In this document: piece by piece, positions 1-12,955 of the stretch | Layout of the letters: each line of letters begins with the position of its first letter | Numbering within the stretch: position 1 is the first letter of the stretch | Assembly: GCA_964016885.1 (NCBI GenBank) | Contig: OZ024740.1 | Location: 129,704,001 to 129,768,000 of the forward strand | Reading direction: 5' to 3' | Length of the DNA: 64,000 bases | Source of the DNA: Eledone cirrhosa | Lineage: Eukaryota | Made by a program: the position numbers and the translations under genes | The notes under the pieces: generated by a model | What the model saw: the letters and a program-made list of their open reading frames with translations, nothing else | What the model was told of the DNA's origin: nothing | Database searches by the model: none

Positions 1-839
1 AGGAATACGTAAGTAGGAAATAAAGAGTAGGGAATCTATTGCGACATTAATTTTAAGTCTAATTCTTCGTTGCTTAACCCAAAGGCAGACAATCCACATT
101 CTTCTCTAATATGCTAGACATAGTAGTTAGATATCCTACAACTCATACCTCATTGTCTAACACTAGGACACAATAAATGTCATAATTCGTTACTTAATGA
201 TTCAATAAATATTGTATGGTCCCAACTGATCACTACTTTGATGATATGTCTGATCGATTGGAGCATAAACATCATGAGATTGGATAAAAACACAAAATGA
301 TATTTTTTATTTGTTTGTTTTATACTTTCCTACGAATGTATATGTTTAGTCGTCATCTGAGACACATTGTTTTTAAATTCTAATTACACATAGTCATAAA
401 AGCGTGACACATTTCTTTATATTTTGTTGAATATGATTCTATTTTGTTTCATATATCTTTTACTCACATAGATCCAGAAATATTATTGCAGATATATACA
501 GTCAATCATGCGGATACAAAATATGTTTACATCGATATAAACACAAAAAAGTTGTCTAAATATAAGACACCTGTCTACTAATATATTTATGAAATCATTA
601 ACACATCCCTGTACACAAATATTTCATTAATAAATATGAAAAGAAATGAATTGTGCATCTGTTTACTTTGAAGCAGAAAACTATTTCTATATTTGAAAGA
701 TTCGGGAAATTTATCAGTTACTTTGCCTGAAAAAAGAAAAAGGAAGAAAAACATAATTAAGTGGATGCTACAAAACATAATTTAGAACTAAGCGGAATTA
801 AATGAAATTTACTGATGTGGCCAGTGTGAGAAGGCCCGG

Positions 840-2731
840 GTTAAATGATTAATTCTAGACAAAGATGAATAATGAGACACGTAAAAAATTCCAATATATC
901 AGAAAATACATTGTGGTTTCCATTCCATGTCGCAAAAACTGCCGATGGGCCTCCGACCTGTCTTGGGAGGCATGGCATGGACGCACAAACGCGGCTTATT
1001 CCGAGATCCCCCCAAAAGTCCGGCAGTGAGAAAACCTTGACAGATGGAACCTGGAACATCACAACTCTTACAGGTAAGGAGCTGCAACTAGGGGACTAGG
1101 CAAGATACTAGCGGCTACATATAAACGGTGTTTCCTTAGAAACGTTCCGTGGCTCTGATGTAGATGTTTGGATGAAGGATGAAAACTCCAGTATTTAGGT
1201 GGGACGCCAGAAATGACTGCACAGGTGGGTGTGGCTATACACGCAAGCCCGCGGTTCTCAGGCGGTGTTATGGAGTGCATCAGATTAGAAAGGAAAAAAA
1301 GGTCTCTTGAAGGCTAGTCTGACAGATAGGTGTGGTAGACTTGTGCATGCTGGTTGATCTGGATATGTAGAAAGCGCCTAACCATGACAATCTAGAGTAA
1401 TAATGCCAGATTTCAAAATATGGGAGAAAGGGGATTGTTCCAATTACAGAGGGATCTCCTTGTTAAGATTCTGCGTTAAAGTCTATACCGAGTGTCTAGC
1501 AAAGAAATGCAAGGAGATTGTCGAGTACAAACTAAATGATGAACAGTGTTGTATGTATTCGAGAAATCGTGGGATTATTGTCAAGAGGTATATTCTTGTT
1601 TTGTAGACCTTAAAAAGGCATATAACTACGTTCTTTGGGACCTGCTGTGGAAGGTTTTGCAAGAGTATGCGATAGAAGGTCAGCTTCTTGCTATCCTGAT
1701 ACGAATTACCGTATTTGTGTTCGGATAAATGGTGTTTAAGCGAAACCGTTCAATGTAGAAGTCGGAACCCGCCAAGGGTACGTACCTTTTCTGTTCATTA
1801 TTTACCTGAACTGGAGTGCCATGCGCAGACTGGTTGGAAGTTGTATTATGACTGGCATGTGTAACATGAAGATGATTTCCGACATTCACTCGATAGATTT
1901 GATGCCAAGTGGTGCATGGATGGAAAGTAAATCAGTACACTCGACATGTGAATGGGATTCCACTAGAGCAGGTAAAGGAGTTCAATTATCTCGGGACCGT
2001 GTTCACGAGTGATGGAGGGCAGCAAGCTGAATTAAGTACAATAATTGCAGGTGCTGGTGCAGTAATGCAACAGCTTTTGCATTCAGTATTCAGAAGAAGG
2101 CATGTAGGCGTAAAAGCCAAAGTTACTATCTTCATTTCGGCATTCATGACATAAATCTTGAGTAATGACTTAAAGTATACCATGTAAAGTATAGCGAATA
2201 GAAGCGGCCGAAATGGGATTCCTTGAAAGGCTCTTTAGAGTAACGTTACTCGATAAAATGCGTAGCTCGGAGATCAAAGAGTCACTCTAAGTAGAGCCGC
2301 TCCTTCTTCGAATTGAGAGATTACAGCTCCGATATTATGGGCATGTGGTGAGAATGTCCCAGGGAATAATCGTTGGACAAATTTTACGTGCAAATCCAAC
2401 CGGCAGGAAACCCAGCGGTAGACCTCGAGTAAGATTGTTCGATAAACATACATGATGTTACCTCGTCACATTTGAGGATCCAGCCAGATATGTTCGAGAC
2501 GGTGGTTTCTGACAGGATCCCCAGTGTTTGAGGCCTCTTCCCACAGGGCACTCTCAGGGTGGCGAAGAAGAAGAAGAAGAAGAAGAAGAAGAAGAAGAAG
2601 AAGAAGAAGAAGAAGAAGAAGAAGAAGAAGAAGAAGAAGAAGAAGAAGAAGAAGAAGAAGAAGAAGAAGAAGAAGAAGAAGAAGAAGAAGAAGAAGAAGA
2701 AGAAGAAGAAGAAGAAGAAGAAGAAGAAGAA
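840..2731 (+). mobile_element. Decayed RTE-clade LINE with internal deletions and a (GAA)n 3' tail
   Basis: APE start GTWNITTLTGKE (ORF 872-1099); RT fragments DCSNYRGISLL, FVDLKKAYN and NGIPLEQVKEFNYLG; C-terminal GRKPSGRPR near 2400; many stops and frameshifts. Confidence 0.85.
2564..2731 (+). repeat. (GAA)~56 microsatellite forming the RTE tail
   Basis: Pure GAA run directly after the RTE 3' end. Confidence 0.97.
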
Positions 2732-3279
2732 GCGAATAGCATTTATTATGTAGTTTAATCAATCCTCTTCATCGGGGAATAAACATTTCAGTATTGTTCA
2801 GTACTTTGATTTTCTCTAGGTGGCAATCACTTTTGTTATTAATGCATATTGTGTCACATTCAGTGACATAGTATCTGCTTTCATTTATACACCCTTGCAA
2901 ACTATTTATTTTGAATAGATTTATTGTATACAATATATGTGAAACATGTACATAATTCCAAAATTAAGATATTCTGTCTCATAGTTCATATCAAAATTCT
3001 TTATAATATGTTGATGCTACACAACTGTCCCTTTGTGGTATATGTACGCATACATAATGATCGCTTTTTCCTAATATAGAAGGAAATGAGTAAGCTTATA
3101 ATATATTGTGTATATTGACCTAATACATTTTACCAATTGTTCGCATTATCTAATGTCTATGTTTGTACGCATTATCAACGGTCTATTTACAAAATAACCA
3201 TACTTGTAATATGTATTGTAGCTTACAATATGCATGGCCTGTTGTGTATAATTAGAATACACCAGCATATATATATGTA

Positions 3280-3348
<69 letters not shown>

Positions 3349-3495
3349 TATTTTTCGTTGTGTTGTAATATAAATATTACACACAGTAGATTATCAGCTC
3401 ACGTAGAGTTTGCTCGACGGTTCCAGTTGTAGTTCCAAAAGTAATCCGGAGAAAAATAGAAAGATTTGAATGGATACAATTTAGTTGAAAGGAAT

Positions 3496-3615
3496 TTATT
3501 GACACGTGTTTCTATAACAGTTACATAACCTAAAACAGCTGCTATCTACACACTTTTAGTTATGCAGACATTCAATATTTCAATGTTATTATTTACTGTC
3601 ATTTCATCAGAATAA
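3496..3615 (-). ncRNA. Minimal type I hammerhead ribozyme in the Naiad 3' pLTR
   Basis: Minus strand: TTATT-CTGATGA-a-ATGACAGT...ACTGTTAT-a-GAAA-CACGTG-TC-AATAA; 5-bp stem I, palindromic stem III, GUC site. Confidence 0.8.
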
Positions 3616-4179
3616 TATTACTGAGGACCTATTTAGTTTTTATAGAGAATATTAGGAGGGAGGGGTGAAGTTTTTAGAAGAATAGTTGAAGGAGTGGTTT
3701 TTCGATAGCAGTGAGAATTCTTGGTGGCAGTGAGTAATTAGATTCCCATCTGTTGTTTTGACATTTTTTATAGAATATATTATTGGTTATTTTTCTAAAT
3801 CTATAGAAGGATTAGAGATAGTAAAGATATGCGTGGTTGGTTTTGTGCTTGCACTTAATTAACATTCAGACTTAAATTTTTCTTTCAAGTGTACGTATCC
3901 TTTCACCCACGCATTCACACACAAATATATTTGCACACCTCTACAAAATACATATACTCACAATTCACATATTCATACTTACATATATATACACATGCAT
4001 ACTCATATATATACACACATGTATTCATGTACATACATACCCGCTCATGTGTATACATTTTCATACTCAACTTATCTTTATATACACACGTATAGACACA
4101 CACATATATACATACATACTCTAGTCCATGTGTACACACATACACATACATACACATCTATATACACATATATACATAC

Positions 4180-4284
<105 letters not shown>

Positions 4285-4569
4285 CACTTTAATACATGAA
4301 TACACTTACATCTAACTATACACATCAAACATATATATATATTTACTTATTTATATACATTTTCACATATATATACATACTTATGGACGTTTTTAGACAC
4401 ATTCATTATCGCATATTTGCACCTATTCTCATCAGCATATCTTTCCATTATTAGTGTGGTAATTTAAGGTTATTAATATATGTTGAGAAGAGATTGTTTT
4501 TATATTTTTCTAACTAGATTAAGGTTTATATAGTTGGGGGATGTCCCTCTTTTATGTAATATTCGGCTT

Positions 4570-6873
4570 TTAGTGGGAAAAAAGGGTTTTAGTTCTGTGA
4601 CGGCAGAATAATGTTCGTTCAATTCTGTTATTCAGCAGTTTCTTCTTGTGTGTGATTATGTAATAAATCTCAAGATTACACAATTTGCAGAAATTTTGGC
4701 TCCTGGAAAAGCTTTGGGTTTTAGCTAATTTCTCCCATTTTAGGGTAAACTTTTGATCGCTATCCCTGAGCGTCCAAGCTTTTTCTGCTAAAGTTGTTAC
4801 ATTTCTTTGGCTCTGGTGTTTTATTGAGTAAGAATGCCTATACAATCGAGATTTAAACGATGTTGCCGTTGATCCCACGTAATACCACTCGTTGCCTCCG
4901 GATTTAATGGTACACTTATAAATAATATTTTTTTCCAGGCAGTTATTGCCGAGGGGGCAGTTGTCAGGATAGGTGCAGTTACAGTTGTGTACGTTGGGTT
5001 TTCTCTGGAGTAGTATTGCGGACGAACTTAGGTGTGGTTTATTTATGTTCTGTAGTGTATTGTCTACTGTTTTTTTTGTGTTCTTTGTACTTAAGTTCTT
5101 AGTGTTTTCGTTTAACCTTCTAGTATTGATCTTTTTTATGTGTTGTTCAAGGTTTAACGCTGTAGAGTATGACAGTCTTATAGTGGTAGGGTTTAGGATT
5201 TTGTGGTATTTGTGTGATGTGGGAAAATGTCTTTTAATTATTTTAAAGAAGAGTACTGGTAAATTTGTACTAATGGAACTATTGTATTCGGGGTTATACC
5301 ATAAGTACTCTTTGCATCGCTTTCTATTAGTTTTGTTTGTTGGTTTACTGGTGTGCATACTATGGTAGTAAGTGTGGTTTGGTGTTGTGTTATTATATCT
5401 AACTATGTGGGATTTATTTTGGGTGTTTTGATTGTTCCCATCTATGTACTCTATTTTGTTGAGGTAGCCTGCTTTACTAAGGGCGTTATCGTAGTACTCG
5501 GCGTGTTCCTTAAATACTTGTATGTTAGAAGATAAACCCGAGATTCTAAGGGAAATATTTTTAGGGATAGATTTAATTATAGAGATGGGGTGGTTAGACC
5601 CAACATTTACGTATTTGAGATTTTCATTCAATTTATGAAACGGTTTAATCAAACCAGAGTTTAAATTGAGTGTGACATCCAGGAAGTTAACTACTTTAAG
5701 GTTGTATTCATATGTTATATTTAGTCCTATTTCGAGTAGTAGTTTTCTTATATCTTTGCGTAGTTTTTCTAGTTTTTGGTTATTAAGGTTTTTAGCTAGG
5801 AGGAGAACATCGTCGCGGTATATTCCGCCGTGGAGATTGCTGATTTTTTCCTGGAGTCTGAAGGCGATAAATAACCCCACAATATCAGTTATTTCCGCCG
5901 AATCGTTAGAGCCCATTGTTATGTCAAAGTTAGAGGGTCTATCTTTACGTACCCAATAGCTGTTCTCAAATTTGACTATAGTTTTCCTAGTTTCTAATAT
6001 AATCTTAATTTCATCGTTTGTAAGGTCAGAGTTATCCTTAGCAAACTTAATGGCTCTATTCAAACTTTCAGGTGATATCGATGAGTAATATTCATCGATA
6101 TCAAACTGGATAAACTTAGATTTATTCTTATTGCTAATGCTATTAAACCATCTTATTGCTTCTTGTGTCTTCCCCCAGAGTTTAATGTTAACCTTAGCCT
6201 TAATTTGGGGGATGATTCTATCTAAGATATATTTGCTTATTTTACCTATATCTGATTTAGAAGGGCAGATTAATCTAATTTTAGGGTCATTATCAAAGTT
6301 TACCTTGTGGTCCTTAAGATTGAAGGTGGGTACCGCCGGTAAGAGTGGTCCTGTCCTATCTTCGATTCCGAGATTTTTCACTATTTCGCATGCCTCATCA
6401 TTGATGTGCTTAAGGGTTACTTCACTCGTTTTTCTATATTTTTTATGTAATTCTTTTCGAATGAAGTTGTTGTATGTAGTGCAATCCATAGTGTACAGGT
6501 TTGATGTTTTGTCCGCTTTTACTACAATTCCTTTGGTGTTTTTAAGGTCGTCCAGTAGTTTTTTTATATCTTTCTGTAATTTGCTGTTGGTGTTGCGTCC
6601 TTTGAATTTAATTTTAAGGATTAAGTTCATAAGGTCCTGCTCAAATGCATCTAATAGTGGGTTGGTGGGTGTGTTTTTACAAGTCCTAAAACCGAATTTG
6701 TTGTTTACACCACTTTCTAATGTTGAGTTCATACGGCTTCTATCATAGTGGAGCGTTTTCCACCTGACACGTCGAATGAATTCATTAGTTTTTTGAATCA
6801 TACTCAATAAATATTCCTTTCTACCTTGGGTTGGTATGTTTTTGAGTGACATATCCAGGTAGTGTTTTTCCAT
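4570..6873 (-). CDS. PLE reverse transcriptase + C-terminal GIY-YIG endonuclease (Naiad-like), 767 aa, uninterrupted
   Basis: Motifs VKADKT, FIQFDIDEYYSSI, FDITMGSNDSAEITDIVG, GIYRDD, NFLDVTL; Cys cluster CNC..CPL..C; IIYKC...YYVGST; CKLC..E; LLNNR. Confidence 0.93.
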   Translation of the reverse strand: MEKHYLDMSLKNIPTQGRKEYLLSMIQKTNEFIRRVRWKTLHYDRSRMNSTLESGVNNKFGFRTCKNTPTNPLLDAFEQDLMNLILKIKFKGRNTNSKLQKDIKKLLDDLKNTKGIVVKADKTSNLYTMDCTTYNNFIRKELHKKYRKTSEVTLKHINDEACEIVKNLGIEDRTGPLLPAVPTFNLKDHKVNFDNDPKIRLICPSKSDIGKISKYILDRIIPQIKAKVNIKLWGKTQEAIRWFNSISNKNKSKFIQFDIDEYYSSISPESLNRAIKFAKDNSDLTNDEIKIILETRKTIVKFENSYWVRKDRPSNFDITMGSNDSAEITDIVGLFIAFRLQEKISNLHGGIYRDDVLLLAKNLNNQKLEKLRKDIRKLLLEIGLNITYEYNLKVVNFLDVTLNLNSGLIKPFHKLNENLKYVNVGSNHPISIIKSIPKNISLRISGLSSNIQVFKEHAEYYDNALSKAGYLNKIEYIDGNNQNTQNKSHIVRYNNTTPNHTYYHSMHTSKPTNKTNRKRCKEYLWYNPEYNSSISTNLPVLFFKIIKRHFPTSHKYHKILNPTTIRLSYSTALNLEQHIKKINTRRLNENTKNLSTKNTKKTVDNTLQNINKPHLSSSAILLQRKPNVHNCNCTYPDNCPLGNNCLEKNIIYKCTIKSGGNEWYYVGSTATSFKSRLYRHSYSIKHQSQRNVTTLAEKAWTLRDSDQKFTLKWEKLAKTQSFSRSQNFCKLCNLEIYYIITHKKKLLNNRIERTLFCRHRTKTLFSH

Positions 6874-7090
6874 TGTTGTGGTTGCGTTTGCTGTGTGGGT
6901 TGCTCGACTTTACAGGAGGTAAATATACAGTATTTTCCGTTGTGTTGTAATACAAATATTACACACAGTAGATTATCAGCTCACGTAGAGTTTGCTCGAC
7001 GGTTCCAGTTGTAGTTCCAAAAGTAATCCGGAGAAAAATAGAAAGATTTGAATGGATTCAGTTTAGTTGAAAGGAATTTATAAAACACCA

Positions 7091-7345
7091 ATAAAACACC
7101 AGAGCCAAAGAAATGTAGCAACTTTAGCAGAAAAAGCTTGGACGCTCAGGGTTAGCGATCAAAAGTTTACCCTAAAATGGGAGAAATTAGCTAAAACCCA
7201 AAGCTTTTCCAGGAGCCAAAATTTCTGCAAATTGTGTAATCTTGAGATTTATTACATAATCACACACAAGAAGAAACTGCTGAATAACAGAATTGAACGA
7301 ACATTATTCTGCCGTCACAGAACTAAAACCCTTTTTTCCCACTAA
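7091..7345 (+). pseudogene. Inverted duplicate of the Naiad ORF C-terminus
   Basis: Translation IKHQSQRNV...FCRHRTKTLFSH is nearly identical to the end of the 767-aa ORF. Confidence 0.92.
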
Positions 7346-7630
7346 AAGCCGAATATTACATAAAAGAGGGACATCCCCCAACTATATAAACCTTAATCTA
7401 GTTAGAAAAATATAAAAACAATCTCTTCTCAACATATATTAATAACCTTAAATTACCACACTAATAATGGAAAGATATGCTGATGAGAATAGGTGCAAAT
7501 ATGCGATAATGAATGTGTCTAAAAACGTCCATAAGTATGTATATATATGTGAAAATGTATATAAATAAGTAAATATATATATATGTTTGATGTGTATAGT
7601 TAGATGTAAGTGTATTCATGTATTAAAGTG

Positions 7631-7697
<67 letters not shown>

Positions 7698-8261
7698 GTA
7701 TGTATATATGTGTATATAGATGTGTATGTATGTGTATGTGTGTACACATGGACTAGAGTATATATGTATATATGTGTGTGTCTATACGTGTGTATATAAA
7801 GATAAGTTGAGTATGAAAATGTATACACATGAGCGGGTATGTATGTACATGAATACATGTGTGTATATATATGAGTGTGCATGTGTATATATATGTAAGT
7901 ATGAATATGTGAATTGTGAGTATATGTATTTTGTAGAGGTGTGCAAATATATCTGTGTGTGAATGCGTGGGTGAAAGGATACGTACACTTGAAAGAAAAA
8001 TTTAAGTCTGAATGTTAATTAAGTGCAAACACAAAACCAACCACGCATATCTTTACTATCTCTAATCCTTCTATAGATTTAGAAAAATAACCAATAATAT
8101 ATTCTATAAAAAATGTCAAAACAACAGATGGGAATCTAATTACTCACTGCCACCAAGAATTCTCCCTGCTATCGAAAAACCACTCCTTCAACTATTCTTC
8201 TAACAACTTCACCCCTCCCTCCTAATATTCTCTATAAAAACTAAATAGGTCCTCAGTAATA

Positions 8262-8380
8262 TTATTCTGATGAAATGACATAAATAATAACATTGAAATA
8301 TTGAATGTCTGCATAACTAAAAGTTTGTAGATAGCAGCTGTTTTAGGTTGTGTAACTGTTATAGAAACACGTGTCAATAA
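8262..8380 (+). ncRNA. Same hammerhead in the inverted Naiad 3' copy
   Basis: TTATT, CTGATGA (8267), GAAACACGTGTC (8364-8375), AATAA. Confidence 0.8.
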
Positions 8381-8412
8381 ATTCCTTTCAACTAAACTGT
8401 AACCATTCAAAT

Positions 8413-8479
<67 letters not shown>

Positions 8480-8549
8480 TATATATAAATGTGTATATAT
8501 ATATATATATATACATGCATGGCCTGCTGTGTATAATTAGAATACACCA

Positions 8550-8628
<79 letters not shown>

Positions 8629-8685
8629 TACAATGAAATTAAACAAAAAAACAGTTAATTCATAGTAAAACTCATTATATAAAAG

Positions 8686-8866
8686 TAATTGTTTCTACGT
8701 TAGGCAGAAGGCGAGCAATTACCCAGTTCATTACTGGAACTTTATTTTATCGACCCCGTAGGATGAAAGACAAAGTTAACCTCGGGGGGATTTGAACTCA
8801 GAATGGCAGGGGCCGTAACTCTATGCGTCAAAGCATGGCGTCCGACCCTCTACCAATACTGCCAAT
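8686..8866 (-). mobile_element. tRNA-derived SINE (Nin/Deu-like core; octopus-type)
   Basis: B-box GTTCAAATCC and core CTTTCATCCT.CGGGGTCGATAAAATAAAGT on the minus strand; several other copies in the window. Confidence 0.75.
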
Positions 8867-9058
8867 GAGCTTTACTATGATTTAACAGCTTTTGTTTAAT
8901 TTCATTGTTTTAATATTTCGATTTTTGACTCTATATCCAATGAATTATATAGTTGAACATTTTGTATTTTAAACTTTGCTTGACGACATCTTCTACATAC
9001 GGATTACATTGAGTTCTTCATACGGTTTAGACCCTACCATTGATTGGTAGATTTATCT

Positions 9059-9118
<60 letters not shown>

Positions 9119-10640
9119 CTTGTGTGGTGTGTGTGTGTGTAAATATGGAGACATTATGACATTTTGAAGAAATTGGTTTGCGTCTGTAGACATTTTAGAA
9201 AGCTTATCACGAAATGAGAGGAACAAGGTTACTATCTTTACACATTCTGGTGATACAAAATATACCAATTACCATTTTGTTGAGGCAATTCACTTATTTT
9301 CAATGAAATATATGTGTTTGCATTCATAATACAATGAACCTATACTTGATATAATATTGTGTATGTAGTGTGCAGGAAACCATCAAAGAAATTGACATTA
9401 CTCGACATGTTCAACAATGTAAAACTCAACACAGAATGAGACAATCATAATCTTTTTAGAATATTGAATAATTAATCACCTAATGCTTTCCGATTCTAGG
9501 AAATACTTCGCTATGTTATTTATTGTTATCTCCATATAATATTATTTGATTGTTTTAGTCATATTCAAATCATATTAAAATCCAAATGCCTGGAGTGATA
9601 TCGTAAAATTAATGTTTCATATTTACAGAAAGTTGAACAATCTGAAATGTGGTGATGACAATTTAATACTACAGTTATATAAATTATTACGTACAAATCA
9701 AGGAAAAAAACACTAAAATTACCTTTCGAACAGGACATTAAAAACAAAGATCATTATGAACAGTTCAGCAACTCCAACATCAGTACCGTAGCGTTTGATT
9801 TTAAAAGGATAGTTACCCCGAGTTATGTCATTTTACTCATATAAACCGATATTTGCAATGTTCTTTCGTCAAAAACATAACAATATATAACAAATGAATA
9901 CAACATTATTAAATCCTTTCATATAATTATCTATTAGACATTTTCTACTGACAAATATTTCATTTTTCTGAATTCTGGAGGATGATATTCAATAAGTCTG
10001 TTATCAGTTCCAATTACAGATATCGCAAGAGGATTAGGAGATCTACTTTGAATATAATTGTTAACTTCTCCAATATTAGCTGCTCATCGTCATGTTAGAA
10101 TTTTATACCAGAACTATAGCGAGATTGAAGCCGTATTCAGTAAAATTGGATTAACTGAAATTGCGTAAAACCTGTTGGAATGTTTACTTCTGATTGCGCA
10201 CGCTTTGATCGTAATCCGTAGATCAGTTTAGCAGCATTATATTGCACTTAGGTGCCAAGAAGAAAGAGATAGATATTTTTCGTTTCCATTTGATTAAACT
10301 ATAAACTATAAACATTCAAGCTAAACAGGTGAACTGCGCCTTCAAAAAAGATTAAGTGACCTAGAGTATGTATAAACGTAAAAACTATACAATTCCATTG
10401 TCGTGTGTAGTTGAAAAAATGCACTTGCACGAAATTCTCCCTCAAACATCTCCCTATTCATGCTTATGATAATGATTCATACGTTGGATATTTTTGCACT
10501 ACATATAATATAAATAGTGTCAGTTTGTCATGGCTTGAGTTATGTTAACCATATCTCTGATAGCTAAATGCTGACCCGACACTTAAAAGATATCGAGGGT
10601 AGCACCCGTAATATGAGAATGATAAGCGGTAACTACACAG

Positions 10641-10773
10641 CATTTTAAAATAGTTTAAATATTCTTAATTGTAACGATATATACATTTTAAAATAGTTTA
10701 AATATTCTTAATTATAACGATATATACATTTTAAAATAGTTTAAATATTCTTAATTGTAACGATATATACATT
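10641..10773. repeat. 43-bp minisatellite, 3 copies
   Basis: cattttaaaatagtttaaatattcttaattgtaacgatatata at 10641, 10684 and 10727. Confidence 0.9.
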
Positions 10774-12395
10774 TCAGCAATGTTTTTTAATAGTTCCTCG
10801 AGACAATTCCTTGCTGGTTGGTATATTGAGAAAATCACACAACTAAAAAAACAACACGTATTGTATTACTCAAACGTGCAACATACTTACTCCGTATAAT
10901 ATATAATTAATATCGTACTCACGCCAATAGATTGAAGAGTTGAAACATTAAATACAACCAACCTAAATGTTATTTTCTTTCAAAATGAAACTCAATTGTC
11001 ATCACAGACATCAAACGTCAAACAGAAGCAAACAATATAGTGTTTTTCATGAATTCAAAGGAGGTGCTTTGTATAATTGTGTAAATGACGTAATGGTATC
11101 TTATATATCTTATACCGGGACATATATAACAACCCATGGTTTATTGCATGTAGTTATGAATATATACGAATCAAGCGAAATGAAACAGTCGCATACGTAA
11201 ATTTAAATATGAGGCTGACGGGTTGCCTACAACATTATGCGAGATGGATTTGGGACAACAAATACAAGAAGGTGAAAGTAATATTTTGGACATGATAAAC
11301 ATTTTGAATTGATTGCAAATAATAAAAGTATGTTGTGAATCGTTGCATATTTGAAGGCATTCGTACAAGAACGGTTATGATAAATGACAAAATATCAAAC
11401 AATTGAAATTCAGACACCGTAATTTATGAAGTAATGTCAGAAGTGTAGGCAATATTAATTCTATTGATGATAAGATTGACCTGTTATTCTATTTAAATCT
11501 CGTATACAAAGTTTTCCCTTTCAAATATTCATTTTATGTCATTAAAACACAGTACTTGTATTCCAAAAGATTCACGCACATGCACACATATTTGAGCCCT
11601 CGCAGACGCACACAAACACACGCATTTGCACATATCTAACATATAATTTTATCATTTCTCCTTTCTCATGGATCTATTGGAATATAAGCATAAAATGCAT
11701 CTATATTTATAGAAAAGTATTCATCAAATTTACGTACAAAGAGGAATGCTGTCTCCTATGTATTTCTTACAGGAAAACATAGACACTGCATAGGCAAAAT
11801 ATTGAACACATGAACAAGACTTTGACTACCAACTCCACACAACAGATTCATATGTCTTCAGTGTACTTCATTAATCAACAGCATAGTCCATCGTAAATAT
11901 AATGCACTAGAATATGGATCCAAGTTTTTAACATTAATGAAACAGTTACACTATTTATGTTCAAAACTAATCTCATAACACTTTCACTGCTTGGTTCATA
12001 AGTACATACATAATACCAGATATATAGAGACGTACTGATTCTTGCAATTATATGTTGTATTTTTAGTTTCTCTTTGATTTTCATGTTTAGAAGCAATCAT
12101 TATATTTGAGGTCTACACAGAGGAGATTAATGACAAGACATTGCTTAAGATGTCATTAAAACGAATCTTCGCAATCCATAAGAGGTACTTACAGACAATC
12201 TCATTAAGAGAGCATTCTTTTTGAATAGTATGTTATCTTCACTAAATGAGGAATTGATTTACGAAAATAAAGAGAAAACTAGAGAACGATGAAATAAAGA
12301 GTCGAAAATATGAATATATTTTGAAGTAAATATGGAACAATAAAAATATTTCTAATAATATATTGGTAATAATAATAAAAATACAAATAATGACA

Positions 12396-12410
12396 CTACT
12401 ACTACTACTA

Positions 12411-12463
<53 letters not shown>

Positions 12464-12470
12464 GTTGCTG

Positions 12471-12552
<82 letters not shown>
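12396..12552. repeat. (CTA)n microsatellite
   Basis: Seen directly. Confidence 0.95.
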
Positions 12553-12821
12553 AAATGATAAGGTATTAACAATAATGAGGCTAATAAAGGGAATGCAGAA
12601 TAGGAAAACAAACGCTAGAAAGGAACGAGTGGGGATTGGTTCAAAGAGAAAAGTACCGAGACGGTAATTGCATCAAACAAGTGGCATATTGAGATTCACT
12701 ATGAAGAAATCAAAATATCTACAAATAATTACTAGCAAAATATTTCCCGATTTAAGGATCACACATATATTATCATATGCAAACTTATTTTGCAGCATAA
12801 AATTACGCCATATTAAGTTTA

Positions 12822-12955
12822 TGTGTTCAAATCCCGCCAGGGTTATCAATGCCTTTCATTCCTACTGGATCGTGGAAATAAAGTACAAATAACGCACTGG
12901 GGTCGATTTAATCGACATTCCTCACACCAAAATAGCTAAGTCAGAAACCTTTATT
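12822..12955 (+). mobile_element. Partial SINE, same family
   Basis: gttcaaatcccgccaggg...gcctttcattcc...aaataaagtac. Confidence 0.6.

Noticed and set aside
2466-2762. Poly-L/R/E/S/K ORFs
   Set aside because: Translations of the (GAA)n tail
4973-6748. Plus-strand ORFs of 97-205 aa
   Set aside because: Antisense shadows of the Naiad ORF
4570-6873. Selenoprotein-type Naiad (in-frame UGA + SECIS, reported for some Naiads)
   Set aside because: The ORF has ordinary Cys and no internal TGA; I could not recognise a SECIS
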